Of a stretch of 64,000 nt of DNA, positions 14,650 through 29,800 are shown in pieces. Location of the stretch: NCBI GenBank assembly GCA_964016885.1, contig OZ024748.1:60264001-60328000 (forward strand). The letters are read 5' to 3'. Source of the DNA: Eledone cirrhosa (Eukaryota). The notes beneath the pieces are model-generated. The model did not search any database. It was not told where the DNA came from and saw only the letters and a list, made by a program, of their open reading frames with translations. The first letter of the stretch is position 1, and every line of letters starts with the position of its first letter. Position numbers and translations under genes: made by a program.

Positions 14650-15779
14650 GGAGCTGCGGCGTTGCAAAATGGAATACATATGAAAAAGTGGGTCCTCATC
14701 AGTGACCCTCCAACCGTCCTCGGCATTTCATCGCTTTAAGGGCCATATGCCTCAGGTTGGTGCGAACAACGGCTAAAAAAAGTCGTTGGGACACGTAAAT
14801 AAAGGGGGACATTAGAGTAACAACAAAAGGGTTATAGTAACGGAAAGTGAGTAGAAATAGACAAGTCCCAGATCTCTATGAATATAAACTCTGTGAAATC
14901 GTGAACAAGAGACGAAAGACGAAGATTTCACAGAGTTTATATTCATAGAGATCTGGGACTTGTCTATTTCTACTCACTTTCCGTTGCTATAACCCTTTTG
15001 TTGTTACTCTAATGTCCCCCTTTATTTACGTGTCCCAACGACTTTTTTTAGCCGTTGTTCGCACCAACCTGAGGCATATGGCCCTTAAAGCGATGAAATG
15101 CCGAGGACGGTTGGAGGGTCACTGATGAGGACCCACTTTTTCATATGTATTCCATTTTGCAACGCCGCAGCTCCATTATCACCATATTTACACATATACT
15201 TTCCATGCTGCCTGTCTGTTTCGTTCCTTGTATCTCTACCACTTTTAGCAGTCTCCTCTCTGTTACCCTCTCCTCAACTTTCACTCACTCATTCTCTGTC
15301 ACTACCTCTCCTCCTCCTCTTTCCTCCTCCTCCTTCAAGTTTGACCTGTGTGTAATTCTTTTCTCGCGCAGTCTTGACCGAGCTGGTAATAATTTTTTTT
15401 CTCTCTCTTTCGTCTGCGACTTCACAAAACTTGCGTTTACCGAATTCGTAGACCAGTTTTCGTTCTCTCTCTCTCTCTCCTTTTTCCCCCCTGTCGAACC
15501 TGGGCGAAATTCTTTCCTTGCTCACATTTCTACCAGGTTCGATCGTCTTTCGTCTCTTGTTCACGATTTCACAGAGTTTATATTCATAGAGATCTGGGAC
15601 TTGTCTATTTCTACTCACTTTCCGTTGCTATAACCCTTTTGTTGTTACTCTAATGTCCCCCTTTATTTACGTGTCCCAACGACTTTTTTTAGCCGTTGTT
15701 CGCACCAACCTGAGGCATATGGCCCTTAAAGCGATGAAATGCCGAGGACGGTTGGAGGGTCACTGATGAGGACCCACTT

Positions 15780-15785
<6 letters not shown>
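14642..15785 (+). mobile_element. Non-coding family X, copy 3: ~1.35 tandem 641-bp units plus ~280-bp inverted arm
   Basis: 14924-15144 repeats at 15565-15785, and 14642-14921 is an inverted copy. (TA)n on both sides. Confidence 0.85.
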
Positions 15786-15846
<61 letters not shown>

Positions 15847-16081
15847 TATATATTTCTGTGATGGGTAATTTTATTGGATCTTGATATCCAAGACAGATTT
15901 CATGAACAACAAATTTCATCGCGTGTAAATATTTTCGTTATTTAGAAGGACCGCCAAAATGTAACAGTCTCAGTGACAGCATGAGTCTATCAATGTGAAG
16001 ATTAGTTTGAAATTAATTAGACGTTCTTCCCTTACAGCTGAAACAATCATGTGAGATAATTAATATCTATATATATGTATA

Positions 16082-16164
<83 letters not shown>

Positions 16165-16193
16165 ATCTATCTATCTATCTATCTATCTAGGGA

Positions 16194-16240
<47 letters not shown>

Positions 16241-16275
16241 TACATATATGTAACCCTATATATATGTATATATAG

Positions 16276-16341
<66 letters not shown>

Positions 16342-16465
16342 CGAGGAAGTGTAACTTGGAGTTACTGCAGGTTCACCCGGGTGAGCACTCGATGTTTAGG
16401 TTCACTTCTGTGTTGAGGTGTAGAGCTATACAGAGTGTAATATATTGAAAGGATAACATTTTAAA

Positions 16466-16552
16466 GGGTCCGTCGAGCTGCCGATTATAGAGTCGGGTAA
16501 GATCGATACAGATCGAACATTGAGGTGATCAGTGGCGAAATGCGCGTCACCT
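16466..16552 (+). ncRNA. Degenerate hammerhead with expanded stem II (family D)
   Basis: GGGT-CCGTCGA-GCTGCCGAT..ATCAGTGGC-GAAAT-GCGC-GTC/ACCT. The core has two changes from CTGACGA. Partial sister copy at 22353-22455 (minus). Confidence 0.55.
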
Positions 16553-16599
16553 ACCAATAAATGTAATGAAGGAGTAACCAATCGTCCTTGTTATCCTTT

Positions 16600-16643
<44 letters not shown>

Positions 16644-17829
16644 AAAAGAAAATTTCGCTCTACATGGCTGAATACAATAAATGTAAACTGAGTTTTTCGA
16701 ATATTAATAATAACATTCGATTCGTTTGCAATTATGCAAACAAGCCTCAATTTTATAGCCATGTCAGTAGAACGAACACGTCATTCTTGCTATTATGTTG
16801 GCATGCGAAATAGACGGGAAAGGGGCTAAACTTGATAACGTCCGAACTGTCATATTCCACTGTATGTGGTTTGTCAAAGGCTTTCTGAGGGTGTAGTGGT
16901 CACAGACCTGTAGAATTAGACAGGAAATGGGGCTAGAGTCGAAAAGACGAAACTGTAAAACTCTATTGCATAGGATTTGTTATTACTTTCCAGAGTGTGC
17001 AGGGATCATTGACGTACAGAATTTGACGAGAAAGGGGCTAAAGTCCAATATATTGAAACTATCACATTATACTCTATGTCAGCCCTTTACAAGCACAGCT
17101 GCGGCCCACAAAAAGGTTTTTACAGCGCGAGCGTAATATAAAATAAAATATATTAGTTGTAATGTACGCAATTAGTTGTCATGTATGGCCCTCAGACAAC
17201 ACATATGTGACCTATGTGGCCCTCAGGGTAACCCTCAGTTTTACATGCCTGATATATATTATTAATCACTATCTTTCAGAGTGTGTAGTGGACAAAGACG
17301 TGCAGAAAAAGAGTCGAAAAGGCCACACTGTCACATCCTATTCTACATTATTTGTGCCTGCCTGTTATAAGATGTAGTGACCACAGAGAAGATTGGTAGA
17401 GTCCGACACGGCCCGACTTTTATAGTAAACCCCATACGATTCTCAAATCTCTGTTGGAATGTAGAATAACTTCGGATGTGTAAAAATCGATGGACAGTAG
17501 AGAAAGTTCAACAGGTTCGAAAGGCGCAACTGTTCCCCATACAGATCCCACTTTAGTAGGGTTAGTGCCCCGTCCTTTTTTCTATCAACAGTAGTGCACC
17601 ATATCCTATGAGAGTGTACAGTATGAACTGGACTCAGAAATATACTGGACAATGGATAGAGTGAAACATGTACAACATATAGGGGTGTTTATTATCAGAC
17701 TTAGCTAAGTGAAGACATGGTCTGTCTGGAAGTAAACATATGTAAATCTTGCTTAGTTGTTTGCCAGCCTATCTGTAGGAAAAGACAGAGAGCTGTTCAA
17801 TTCTTATTCTTCATCGTCGTCGTCATTGT

Positions 17830-18065
17830 CAAATTATTTCTGGTAGGGCCGTGGTAGCAATCCACAAACACTCCTTCCAGTGTGTCCTGTCAGTGACGCA
17901 ACCGTCTCTAATTGATCCGGGAGGATCCTCCATGCGAGACCAGCTGAGCTTCCCCTGGATGTTATCCAACCATCTTGCTCGGTGTCTATTCCTGGGTCTT
18001 CTGCCAGTTGGTTTTGCCCGTAAAATCTGTCCAGCGATTCTTTCCTGGAACATACTAAGCGCATG
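17830..18065 (-). mobile_element. RTE-like LINE extreme 3' fragment
   Basis: HALSMFQERIAGQILRAKPTGRRPRNRHRARWLDNI resembles the RTE C-terminal HVxRM..GRRPxGRPRxRWxD motif. Confidence 0.7.
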
Positions 18066-19236
18066 CAACTTTTAATAAGCACCGGTCGTTTGTGATCTAC
18101 TGTTTCAACAGCAGCAGCCACAACATCACCATAAATGCTGACCCAATATTAAACAATTGAACTGAAATACCACAAAATATATATTTATATTAAATCTAGT
18201 GAGCAAACACGTTCACACACTTTCACACACACAAGAACGATGTTTCTTTTATATTTTTATTACACTTGGTTCGTACAGTTCTGTTTAACCATTTCCTTTC
18301 GTTTAAAGAAATTTCTTCTAGAAGACTTAGTTTATGTTCTACATTGAAAACCCCAACAGTAACCACTACAATAGAATAAATAAGAGACAGTAACAACAAC
18401 AGATTTATGTATGGAACGTTGGTGTCATTATAAGCTGAACGTATGTTGCACTTAGAACATATGTTTCTGCAACACATAAGAAATACACTACTACTATACG
18501 TGTTTTTATTCTTAAAAGGAATCTGTTTATCGAACATAATTGAGCGAAATAAAAACATAAAATATTCATTGTGCTATTTTCTTTAACAATTCCATTTGCA
18601 TTTATTAGGAGTTTATTTTTATGAATTCTTGCTAAAACAAAAGAACCAATAATTTGAGATGATTCTTTATACAAACTTTCTTGTATTCTTTTTATCTGAA
18701 ACTAATATAAAGTGACAATATAGTTTTCAAGGAAAGATTTAAACTTGAGCCGACACAGTCCACACATATAACAAACGAGTATCATACGGTGTCGTTCGGT
18801 CTAGTACGACTAACAACCAATATTTTTCTACTTTATGTATTTATGTTTATTTTCCTGAATTATTGCTGACACGTCAGAACCAATAATTCCAGTTTGGTCT
18901 TTATATAATCTTTGTTTTATTTCAATTTAAAAAGAACAATTAAAGTATTAATATAGTTTTAAAGGCGAGAGATGATCGGGTGCTTAAAGAGTTCATTTAT
19001 ACAACGAGAGATATCCATATTTAATAGCTCAGCTCAATAGAAATATCAGCCATATCTCACCTCAAATTACATTCTGTCGTCTTTAAAAGGAAATAATATA
19101 TTAGATAATATAGTCTTACAAAAGACTATACAGTTCCGGTTGAAATGCTTTTCATCATAGGTCACCTTGACAAGGTTTGACCTTGGTTAAACAACAACAA
19201 GAGCTCTGCTTGTTTATAAATATTTTCATGCGAACT

Positions 19237-19615
19237 CGGTGGATTGGCAGTATCGGTAGAGAGTCAGACACCATGCTTTCCAGCATAGTTACGTCCCTTT
19301 ACGATCTGAGTTCAAATCCCGCCGAGGTTGACTTTGCCTTTCATCCTTACGGGGTCGATAAAATAAAGTACCAGTAATGCACTGGGTGATTGCTGGCTTT
19401 GTGCCTAAAGTAGAAACAGTTATATTTGGAGAGCGGTGGATTGGCAGTATCATTAGAGGGTCGGACGCCATGCTGTGCAGCATAGAGTTACGGCCCCGTA
19501 TGATCTGAGTTCAAATCCCGCCGAGGTTAACTTTGCCTTTCATCATTACAGGGTCGATAAAATAAAGTACCAGTAATATACTGGGGTAATTGCTGGCCTT
19601 GTGCCAAAAGTAAAA
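19237..19615 (+). mobile_element. Two tandem tRNA-derived SINEs (Meta-domain-like)
   Basis: A/B-box head (TGGCAGTATCGG..GAGTTCAAATCC) followed by GCCTTTCATCCTTACGGGGTCGATAAAATAAAGTACCAG, present twice. Confidence 0.85.
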
Positions 19616-20364
19616 AAAATTATTATATTTGGAGAGCCTCATGTTATCCTAATATTGCTAAAAATAGTAAAATACAGCCATTGTTTGTTTTGGTTGGTTT
19701 GGTTTTCGCTTCAGTTTTAATATATTTTGTTATATTTCTATAAATAATTTATCTGGCAATAAATAATGAACTTTAAGTTTTGTTTCCTATTCCTCACGAG
19801 TTTAAGCGAAACAATTGTTTAGCTGCTACATCTCACGCATTTATAATTGCAGTTTGTAAATTCAATCACAAAACATATTCTGGTATTATCTCCTCTCGAA
19901 CATCTCGGCTATGGAATTCATTTCCGGCTTCTTGTTTTCCTGTCCACTACAATTTGTAAACGTTCAAATAAAACCCCAATCGCCATCTCTCTCCATGAAT
20001 TATCTTCTCACAGTTTTGTCCTTCTCAGCACTCCTTGCATTTTTGTGACTTTATTGTCTTGTTTAGGGTGAGCGAAACAAAAGAAATTAACTCGTAAAAT
20101 CCCCAAGCTATTCACTAGCTTTCATTTGAACACATGATCTCAAAATATATATAGGGAGGGCATCCAGCCATAGAAATTTTGCTAAACAAAGGTTTTGAAG
20201 GGCACTTCAGTTTGTGTCAAAAGATGTGACAACCTTTCCGTTGCATTCGATAGAATGTATGGACGTACGTAAGCGAGATGCAGACACCTCGGCCTATATG
20301 CGAGAACAGTAAGCCTGCTTCAGACCCGCCCAAGCCTTGCTAGAATCAGACAACATGCTTTATG

Positions 20365-20535
20365 GCATAGGGTTATAACATTTTACGATCTGAGTTCAAA
20401 TCTGCCGAGGTTAGCTTTATCTTTGATTCTTACAAGATGGATAAAATAAAGTACCAGTAATGCACTGGGTTCAATTTAATTGACTTTCCCTTCACCCCAA
20501 TATTGTTGGCCTTGTGCCTAAATCAGAAACCAATA
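20365..20535 (+). mobile_element. tRNA-derived SINE (Meta-domain-like), partial
   Basis: Same B box and central domain as 19237-19615. Confidence 0.75.
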
Positions 20536-20892
20536 TTACTAATGTCACGAATCGCCATCATTAGATTTATCATCATCAATACCTCCAAGACCATCGCTAT
20601 TACCTCCCTTGATATTACATCACAGAACAAGAAGCAATAACCGATTGTTATGACTAACTGTTATTTGCTGCCACTTGATTATGAAACATAAAATATATTG
20701 TTTACTCGTAGATCACTTGCCCAGATATATTATGTAATATGGCACTTCAAAATGAAAGAAACTTATATACGTTTTAGGTTTTACTTTTTTACTTTCAATC
20801 TGCTTTCTTTTACGCAAATTGCATTTGTTTTGTCCTTCAATATCATTTTATGTGTGCCCACACTCGCACATATACATATATGTATATACATG

Positions 20893-21015
<123 letters not shown>

Positions 21016-21064
21016 GTATGTATACATATATATATATACACATATATATATATATATATATATG

Positions 21065-21124
<60 letters not shown>

Positions 21125-21643
21125 TATATATGTATATATATATAGACATATATATATGTATGTATATATATAGACATATCTATATATATATATGATGTAT
21201 TTTTACTTTTTCTTTCTTAAAATTATTTCATTTTATTTTCTTTTGTTCATTTTATATACTTACATACATATTGGTGTACATATATATACTAATACATATA
21301 TATATATACACATATACAAATACATATAGCTTTTCGTGACACGATGCTATCGATAAATTTCAAATGATATCCTTATACATATTTATTTATACACACAAAC
21401 AAACACGCACACACACACACATACATACACACACACATACGAGTGTGTGTATGTGTGTAAGCATGCATGTACATATGCTTTTACGTATGTATGCTTGTAC
21501 GATTGTATGTATGTATGTGTGTATCTATGTGTGTGTGTATGTATATGTGCATGTATGATTGAATGCATTTATGTGTGCATGTATGTATGATTGTATATAA
21601 GTGTGCATGTATGTATATATATGTATATATATATATGTATATA

Positions 21644-21774
<131 letters not shown>

Positions 21775-22059
21775 ATGTGTGTGTGTGTATCTAAACATGC
21801 ATGTATATATATATATATATATGTTATCTCTTTCTCTTAATTTCGAGTATATTTTTTTGACCGGCCACCTTCCTAGTGGCAAAGTTGTAAAAGAAAAGAA
21901 ATTGTCATCCCTTGAATCGCAAGAATGTTTTGCCAATATTTGTATGTATGTATATATATTAATATGTATGTAGGTATGCATGTATATATATGTGGGGTAG
22001 GGTTGGGGGGTGGGGTGGGGTTGGGTGTATGATTGTATATAAGTGTGCATTTATGTATA

Positions 22060-22130
<71 letters not shown>

Positions 22131-22267
22131 GTATATATATACATATATATATATGTATCTAAGCATGTATGTATATATATATATGTATGTATGTATACAT
22201 ATTTGTATGTAAGTATGCATGTATATATATGTGGGTGGGTGTATGATTGTATATAAGTGTGCATTTA

Positions 22268-22356
<89 letters not shown>

Positions 22357-22772
22357 AGGATAAAAAGGACGATTGATTATTCCTTCATTACATTTATTGA
22401 TAGGTGACGCGCGTTTCGCCACTGATCAGCTCAAGGTTCGATCTATATCGATCCGTATATATATAAATATATATATATATACATATATATATATGTATCT
22501 AAGCATGTATGTGTATATATATATGTATGTATGTATACATATTTGTATGTAAGTATGCATGTATATATATATGTGGGTGTGTATATGTATGCATGTATAT
22601 ATGTATATATGCATATACGCAGGTAGGTGGGCCGGTGGGCAGGTAGGCTGTGAGGTTGGTCGGTGGGGAGCAGGGTTTGTATATCCATACATGCATTTAT
22701 ATATGTGTCTCTAGCATATGTCACCCTCTGATGCTGTGCAACAAAATCTTTTCTTTTCATATTATTTTGTTG

Positions 22773-22831
<59 letters not shown>

Positions 22832-22879
22832 ATATATATATATACATATATATATGTGTATATATGTATATATATGTAC

Positions 22880-22947
<68 letters not shown>

Positions 22948-22975
22948 GTATATACATACGTACATATATACATAC

Positions 22976-23016
<41 letters not shown>

Positions 23017-23059
23017 CCTATATATATACATATATAAATATGTACATATATATATATAT

Positions 23060-23119
<60 letters not shown>

Positions 23120-23211
23120 AGGAAGTTATAGTTCACTTGAAGCATTGTGTAATGAGGTATAAACATTTGTATATTTATATATATATATATATATATTACA
23201 TATATATATAC

Positions 23212-23244
<33 letters not shown>

Positions 23245-23378
23245 CGTATACATATATATATATATACACACATACATACATATACATATATATACATATA
23301 TAGACACACATATATATATATTTTATACATATACATATATACACACACACACATATATACATATACATATATATATAT

Positions 23379-23409
<31 letters not shown>

Positions 23410-23425
23410 CACATACACACACACC

Positions 23426-23462
<37 letters not shown>

Positions 23463-23473
23463 ACCCACCCCCC

Positions 23474-23561
<88 letters not shown>

Positions 23562-23577
23562 CACATACACACACACC

Positions 23578-23624
<47 letters not shown>

Positions 23625-23635
23625 ACCCACACACA

Positions 23636-23686
<51 letters not shown>

Positions 23687-24026
23687 TAGGCTTTCTTTTT
23701 CGCTATTCTCGAATAATTCTTTGGAAGAATTGGATTACACAGCAAGCGTGTCACTTCAGTGTTTAATGGAAATTTGGTTAATATCATTTTAAGTATGTTT
23801 TTGCCTGCAGTATTCTGTATAACGATCGTAAGATATACCTGGCTACTTGGAAGATTAGAAGCATGGCGTGATGTTTCATTAGGTTATATAAAAGAAGATG
23901 AAATTAGAGGAATAAGCTTGGACTAGAAGCGACACATTTAGAATATATAATATATTCCTATTGTATACTTCCATTTTATTCCGCTCTGCCTATAAACACA
24001 CACATATATATATATACACACACATA

Positions 24027-24081
<55 letters not shown>

Positions 24082-24791
24082 TTAATAAACACCAGTCGTT
24101 TACGATTGACTGTTACAGATGTAATATATGTTAGAAGTCAAAATTGAAAGAAAAGTAAAACAAAAATAATCCTAAACAATTCCAAATTCTACTCCAAACT
24201 ATCTGGAAATTCTCCTGGCTGAAATTGATTGAAGATCCGAGATAACTGTTATGACAAACTTTGTATTTGTCATTTGAAGCATAAATAAACCTTATTTACA
24301 CACAACTATCAGATTATGAAGAGGGAGAGAAATCACTTAATGATATTAGAGCTGATACCTAGTGGCTATCGTTATATACATGTTTGGTTCAATATGGAGA
24401 AATCATAACAATACATTTTGACTTTCGTTTTTAAATTAAATAATTTAATTAGGAATGTTTTACGAAAACCCATTCGCCTTAGATTTTTCCCCACTTCAGT
24501 AGAGTAAATATATATCGTAAAAGTGAGTACTTATGTAACGTATAAAATAATCTATTGGCTGTGATGTAAAATGGACAATGTTTTCAAACCGGAAGCAGTC
24601 CTGCCTTTGATAGACATTTTTGTTTTGAGTTATCTTATAAAAGACATCATTGCTGTTGTTTTGTCCCAGGTAAGATTTTATTGAGTAGATAAACAATTAA
24701 GGCGTTCAAACCATGACCATCACGATGGTTTTTCTGTTATAATAATTCAATAAAGAATAGGAAGTATTATATATAAATGTTTATGTGTGAG

Positions 24792-24834
<43 letters not shown>

Positions 24835-24879
24835 TCTCACACACAAACATTTATATATAATACTTTCTATTCTTAAGTA

Positions 24880-25137
24880 GACTTAATTGTGTTTACAAAA
24901 AATTCTGACCAATCCTCTTGACAACTACAATCTTCCCATATAAGGAATTACCCTTTGAAAAGTTCGGCTATTTATTTACCACGCTAAATATTCTAATTTA
25001 GTGCAGAAATAGCCGTCGAAACGGCTTCAGCTCTGCCGTCGGGGGTCATACATTTTCCTATTACTCACTTTACTACCCTAAGTATTGAATACTCTGGTGC
25101 GTTACGGTCCATCTGGTTCCTTACCACAACTCCTTCG

Positions 25138-25140
<3 letters not shown>
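24880..25140 (+). mobile_element. Family F pseudo-LTR-like element with decayed HHR (24951-25030)
   Basis: TTGAAAA-GTTCGGCTATTT..AAATAGCCGTC-GAAAC. Sister fragments at 35330-35530, 37389-37640, 43100-43195 and 57122-57310, mostly TA-flanked. Confidence 0.65.
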
Positions 25141-25198
<58 letters not shown>

Positions 25199-26134
25199 TG
25201 AATATATTTATGTATATATGGTCGTATGAATGTATGTATGTATATATGTATGGGTATATGAGTCAATATGGATGTGTATTTCTGTTACCGTAATAGGACA
25301 CATGACTGCGAAATACTCAACCACTTACAAGTTAATTCGATGAGTAAGCCATTTATTTGATCGAACAACTGAAAGTTTTTCAGCGTCATCGAAAACCAAT
25401 CCATCATAATGACCATTTATCAAAGAGGTAATTAATCGCTTTATATATATTCATATTTAATTACTGTTTCTCCATGAAATGCCTTTGTTCATTATGTTTA
25501 TTAATTATATAGTTTATTTAATATCATAAGATTAATGCCATAATCTATCAAGGATATGTACTTAAACACATTTGAGATTTTTCCTGATATATTTATAATG
25601 GCCGAGGTGGCGAATTGGTGGAGTCGTTAGAACGTCGAATAGAGTGTATTGCAGTATTCGTTCCAGCTCTGAGCTCAAACCTCAGAGGTGGAATGGCTGA
25701 AAGAAAGGGGTACTCAATATCGAAGTAGAGTTTTAATATTAGTTTTATTAACAGTGAGTCTTGTTATTCTGGAGTTTCTGAAGTCTCGCCTGTTTATCAC
25801 ATGGTCATAAATTCTTGTCTGTTGACTCTGTGATAAACAGACGAAAGTCCAGTTGAACAAGACTGAATATTTAGCTCTAATAGAAAGGAATATATATATA
25901 TGTATAGTGAAAGAATGAAGCCGTACGTTAAAACTATCCATGACGCGGAGTACTCACAACCTCTAACTGGATTACCTATAACGATAACTTGTTACCCCAT
26001 ATATATACCCTCTATCTCAACTCTACCTTTGAAAAGCAGAAGAACTGCGAAACCGCTAAAGGAACCAAATAAATATATATATATATTTTTTAAAAAATAA
26101 AACTCCAGTTGCATTTTCGATTTCATCTTTTTTT

Positions 26135-26165
<31 letters not shown>

Positions 26166-26700
26166 CGGAATTATCTGTTTATTATATAATGTCGGAAAAG
26201 GTCCTTAGAAACGCCGGTATGTGAGAATGATAGATCGACTGTTCTTCGATTAAGCCTGTTGAATCAGTTCCTAGAGGCACAACTAGTTTGAGGAGTAAAC
26301 AGATATCTTATTTGTTTAAAGACGAACAAAAGGATATAAAAAGAATTACTTTTAAGAAAGAAAAAGTAAAAAATATATTTAGATACATAATATATTCCCC
26401 TTTGGCAAAGAATGATCTCCTCTACTCGATTAATTCGATAAATTCCCAGTCACTGATTCCTGTAACTAATCAATATGTTCCCAATGGCGGAAGACATTTT
26501 TCTTTATTATTATTTATAAAAAGGTACGACTTCCGCTTCATTTCAGATTTTTCAAAATGGAAGCCAAAACAAAGCCAATATGAATTACATTTGAATATAT
26601 TGTCATTATTATTGATATTGTTGCTGCTGCATATTGTTGTTGTTATTATTGCAATCACTACTATTACTATTACTATTATTATTAGCTTTGTTGTTATTGC

Positions 26701-26767
<67 letters not shown>

Positions 26768-26853
26768 GTTATTGTTATTCCTTGAATCTCAGTCATTGAT
26801 GTTGGTTAACTGGAAAGTCCGTTGGATTGAATATCAAGCCACTACCTGCAGCC

Positions 26854-29800
26854 TCAGATATTCAGGACGTATCGGAGGGTTCTTGCCGTTCCAAGCAAGC
26901 ATGCCTTTTGAAGCGTTCCAAAAAGCGTGAAGGGGCCGATTTTCTTTAACCATCCCTGGAAACCTTTGGAGATAGTCCCCAGTGCGCCTATGATAATCGG
27001 GATCACTTTGACTTCATGGCAGTTCCAAATCCTTTTCACCTCCCACTTTAGGTCCTGGTATCGGTTAATTTTCTCCCTCTCCTTCTCTTGCACTCTCGTG
27101 TCGAACGGGCAGGCCACATCCACAATCAGGCACGATCTTTTTTCTTTGTCCACAACCACCAGGTCAGGTCTATTGTGTTCCAGTTTTTTGTCCGTCTGTA
27201 TCCTAAAATCCCACAGCACCTTCACCTGACTGTTCTCCATCACCGCCTCTGGCCTATGCTCATACCATTTCTCAGAATGTGGTAGATTGTTTACTTTGCA
27301 CAGGTGCCAGTGGATCACCCTGCCCATCACATCGTGTCTCCAGCCCTTATAGTGGGTCTGGGCTAGGTGTTTACACTCGGACACAATGTGAGCCACAGTC
27401 TCCTCTCTCTCTCCACAGATCCTGCACAGTGGGCTAGCCTCCTCCTTGTAGATATGGTGCTTCAACCACTTCGTTTTGAGGGCCTGCTCCTGCGCAGCCA
27501 TTAGCATTCCTTCTGTAGCCTTTTTGAGGTCTCCTCTTCTCAACCAGTTCCATGTCTGTGGATCTCTAAATTCAGTTTTCTCAAAGAAGGTACTATGAAG
27601 GGATTTTCCCTTAAGGCTGCTCTTCCTCCTTGATGTTATTTCCTCCTTGGGTATCCCCTGGCCTACTGTCCCCTCCTTCAGTACAGCTCTGAGCATTGGC
27701 TCCTTACTATAGGTCACGTATTTGTATAGGTTGTTTTTCTCCATCTGAACACAGTCCTCTATGCTGATAAGACCTCTTCCACCCTCAGATCTCCTTAGGT
27801 AGAGTCTATCGACATCACTCCTCTTGTGGAACATGTTGTAGATAGTCAATAGCTTCCTAGTCTTCCTATCCATTTCTTTTTGTTCAGCAACATTCCATCT
27901 CAGAATTCCCGCACTGTACCTAATAATAGACACAGCTCGGGAATTTACTGCGCTTATGGCATTTCTGCTGTTCAGATGTGACTTCAATACGCTCCTTACT
28001 CTCCGAATGTATTCAGTTCTTAACAATTCCTTCATTTTTTTGTTCTTTATGCCATCAGCCTCCAGAACGCCCAAATACTTGTATCCTTCCTCAGAGTCAA
28101 TTTCCTTTATCATCTCACCTGTTGGTATCTGGATCCCGTTACTTCTGCTCAACCTACCCCTCCTCATCACAATGACTCCACATTTACCAATACCAAACTG
28201 CATACATATATCACTGCTGAAAATACGGACAGTGTCAACAAGCACATCCAACTCCTTCTCACTTTTCCCGAAGAGCTTAAGATCGTCCATGAAGAGGAGG
28301 TGATTGATGGTAAGCTCTCCCCTTCCCAACTTGTATCCTGCTCTCACTTTTCGCAGCATAATGGTCAAGGGCATCAGGGCAAGGACAAACAACAGAGGGG
28401 ACAGGCTATCTCCCTGGAAGATACCTCTCTTGATCTTCACGCTTCCCAAGGATACTCCAGTTGATGTCAACTCTGTCTCCCAGGACCCCATACTCCTGCC
28501 CAGCAACTGTCTGATGTTATCTGCCACCCTGAAGATCTCCAGGCTTTTGGTGATCCAGGAATGAGGCACCATGTCAAATGCCTTTCTGTAGTCTATCCAT
28601 CCCATGGCAAGATCAGTGTGTCTCCTCCTGCAATTCCCCATTACCATCTTATCAATAAGCAACTGGTCCTTTGTACCACGTGACTTCTTTCGGCATCCTT
28701 TCTGTTCGTCCGGCAACAAGTTGTTTGTGTGGAGGTGATGGTAGATTTCCTCAGACACAATGCTCGTCAACAGTTTCCACATTACGGGCAGACATGTGAT
28801 AGGTCTATAGTTGGTAACATCATTACCCTTGATTCGGTCTTTCATTATCAGAACTGTGGTACCTTTTGTCAACCACTCTGGCACCTCACCCGACACCAAG
28901 CAGTCATTGAACATGGCCGTCAGCTTCGGGTGGAGGGATGTTAAATGTTTAATCCAATACCCCTGCACACCATCTGGGCCTGGTGATTTCCAGTTGGTTA
29001 GTTTTTTGGCTTGCCCCTTAAGAGTTTCAACTGTGATACTCAAATCAGTCTGTTGCTGTGCCTGCTCACCGATCTCCCTCTGTACTGTCTCAATCCACCC
29101 TGCCTGGGCATTGTGTCTAACATCCTGCTCCCATATTCCTCTCCAGAATGTTTTAGCTTGTTCCGCCCCAGGGATCAAGTCGTTGCCTCTTTCTTTCCCC
29201 TCAAGCTGTCCAAACAGCATCTTCTGGTTGTTGTCGAACATGCGGTTCTGTTTATACTGACTGACTCTGTTCTCGTATCGCCTGATTTTGGCACTCTTTG
29301 CTACAATGCGTTGCTTCAATTCCTCTATGATAATATTTAGCTTTTTACTCCTAGTTTTGTATTTTATTTCCAGTCTATTTTTAGTGCCTATGTTTTTTAG
29401 TGTCCCATTCAGTAGTGACTCAAGCTTTCCTATGTCATTTCTCATTTCCCCGATTTGCCCACTCAGTCGCTTCTTCCACCACGGCTCTGCTCTTTCTTGT
29501 CTGTTGTTTCCTCTCGCTTTTATACCAAGTAGTTTCCTCACCGTATTTGCTGTTGCTTTGAGGATATTGTTGCACTGGTGAAGACTCCTCGCCTCAAGGT
29601 ATGGGTTGACTTTGTTTACCTTAGCTGTTGTTTCTTTTAACTTTTTCCTGTCTACAAATCTAAGGTTCATAGGTCTCCCACTATCATTGTTCAACTCATC
29701 TACCACTAAATTTAGGATGTCAACCGAATCTTGTCCTAGCCCGTCAGCATTCATCTCCTCAGTGGCCGTATCTCTGTTCCAGGTATTATTTATCTCAGTA

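Noticed and set aside
14780-14870. Pistol-ribozyme-like CACGTAAATA
   Set aside because: The pseudoknot pairing is not conserved in the other family X copies.
15120-15180. CTGATGA in family X as a canonical hammerhead or C/D box
   Set aside because: No correctly placed GAAA, UH and stem I, and no partner box. Kept only as an unexplained conserved block.
17443-17652. Possible host exon
   Set aside because: No recognisable domain or reliable splice context.
19237-19330. tRNA genes
   Set aside because: The A/B boxes belong to multi-copy SINE heads; no cloverleaf.
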